Of a DNA stretch of 35,061 bases, positions 34,617 to 35,061 are shown piece after piece. The translations under genes were made by a program, and so were the position numbers. This DNA comes from an uncultured bacterium. Lineage in GTDB: Bacteria > Deinococcota > Deinococci > Deinococcales > Trueperaceae. The stretch is from contig CAZMCW010000004.1 of NCBI GenBank assembly GCA_964564405.1, forward strand, positions 1-35,061, given 5' to 3'. The notes below the pieces were generated by a model. It made no database searches, was not told where the DNA came from, and saw only the letters and a program-made list of their open reading frames with translations. Position 1 is the stretch's first letter. Each line of letters begins with the position of its first letter.

Positions 34617-35061
34617 GTGTCACAGCCGGAGGTACGACAAACTGCACCTATATTGCTAGCGCGTGAGCAACTAGCAGCGCAGGTAGGTCGCAAAGCAAGA
34701 CGCCGGGGATTGGCTACGGCACTTTTGCTAGCCCTGTCCTGTTGGTGGTTGCTGGCTGCGCGTTTGCCTGCAGATAGTGGGGGTGGGGCTCGAGCTTGGT
34801 CGGAAACAGCCTCCGCAACCTCCACAAGACGTTGGGGCTGGTACCCGGCAGCCCGCTTGTGGCCGGCTAGGCGCGCCCCCAAGGTGGCGTTACAGATTGG
34901 TCATGAAGCTGTACAAGACCACCCAGAAGAACTGCGCAACTTGCGTTGGAACACGGGTGGCTATGCCAATGGCACCAATGAGTTAGACATCAACAGAGCG
35001 GTTGTCGCAAGATTGCAAACGCGCCTTCAAGAAGCAGGTGTTGAGGTTGAAGTGCTACCTG
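34617..35061 (+). CDS. Membrane-anchored N-acetylmuramoyl-L-alanine amidase-like protein (3' partial, runs off the window)
   Basis: The frame containing 34899 is open from the stop at 34575-34577 to the window end, and it is not in the ORF track. Candidate starts are GTG 34617 and TTG 34653. It has a TM helix (LATALLLALSCWWLLAA). The segment LQIGHEAVQDHPEELRNLRWNTGGYANGTNELDINRAVVARLQTRLQEAGVEVEVLP resembles the start of an Amidase_3-type domain. Confidence 0.5.
   Translation, partial: MSQPEVRQTAPILLAREQLAAQVGRKARRRGLATALLLALSCWWLLAARLPADSGGGARAWSETASATSTRRWGWYPAARLWPARRAPKVALQIGHEAVQDHPEELRNLRWNTGGYANGTNELDINRAVVARLQTRLQEAGVEVEVLP

Noticed and set aside
34541-34882. A 113-aa minus-strand ORF and the 69-aa plus-strand ORF at 34777-34986.
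   Set aside because: Both overlap the longer open plus-strand frame that shows a TM helix and amidase-like motifs. They are Arg/Ala/Pro-rich products typical of GC-rich off-frame translation.

Overview
This is a 35-kb chromosomal window of mostly housekeeping genes, most of them on the minus strand. I saw no transposase, phage, cas or recognisable defence genes.

Gene content:
- tRNA-Arg(CCG).
- A PpiD/SurA-like chaperone with a very large acidic tail.
- A PEGA-domain secreted protein, OsmC and 5-formyl-THF cyclo-ligase.
- The rpmH-rnpA-yidC-jag cluster (rpmH is absent from the ORF track and was found by hand).
- uppS, a tandem-GNAT acetyltransferase, an SqdX-like GT4 glycosyltransferase and an EamA transporter.
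- A PASTA-repeat membrane protein with a degenerate kinase-like head, and ftsH.
- A TPP-riboswitch-controlled tenA-like plus ABC (ThiXYZ-like) operon.
- A dNK-murE-lipoprotein-rraA operon, ridA, a PP2C phosphatase and phoU.
- A 3'-truncated amidase-like CDS.

Many secreted proteins are strongly acidic, which suggests a halophilic or marine lineage. I cannot assign a taxon.

Two non-genic phenomena stand out:
1. A dispersed repeat family of about 100 nt, intergenic, TA-flanked and bounded by terminal inverted repeats. It contains two conserved hairpins. There are six full copies and one fragment in 35 kb, and one copy sits inside the riboswitch-controlled operon.
2. An extreme over-representation of the palindrome CTCGAG, often extended to GCTCGAGC. 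My hand count is about 85 and about 29 occurrences, against roughly 9 and 0.5 expected. Sites occur in several reading frames and in intergenic hairpins. This resembles the cyanobacterial HIP1 phenomenon, but with a different word.

Smaller oddities:
- A 15-bp tandem array of a near-palindromic TTGAsTCAA motif at the murE/lipoprotein junction.
- Twin perfect 27-nt hairpins.
- A tandem-repeat insertion in RnpA.
- Several AT-rich, ORF-poor islands.
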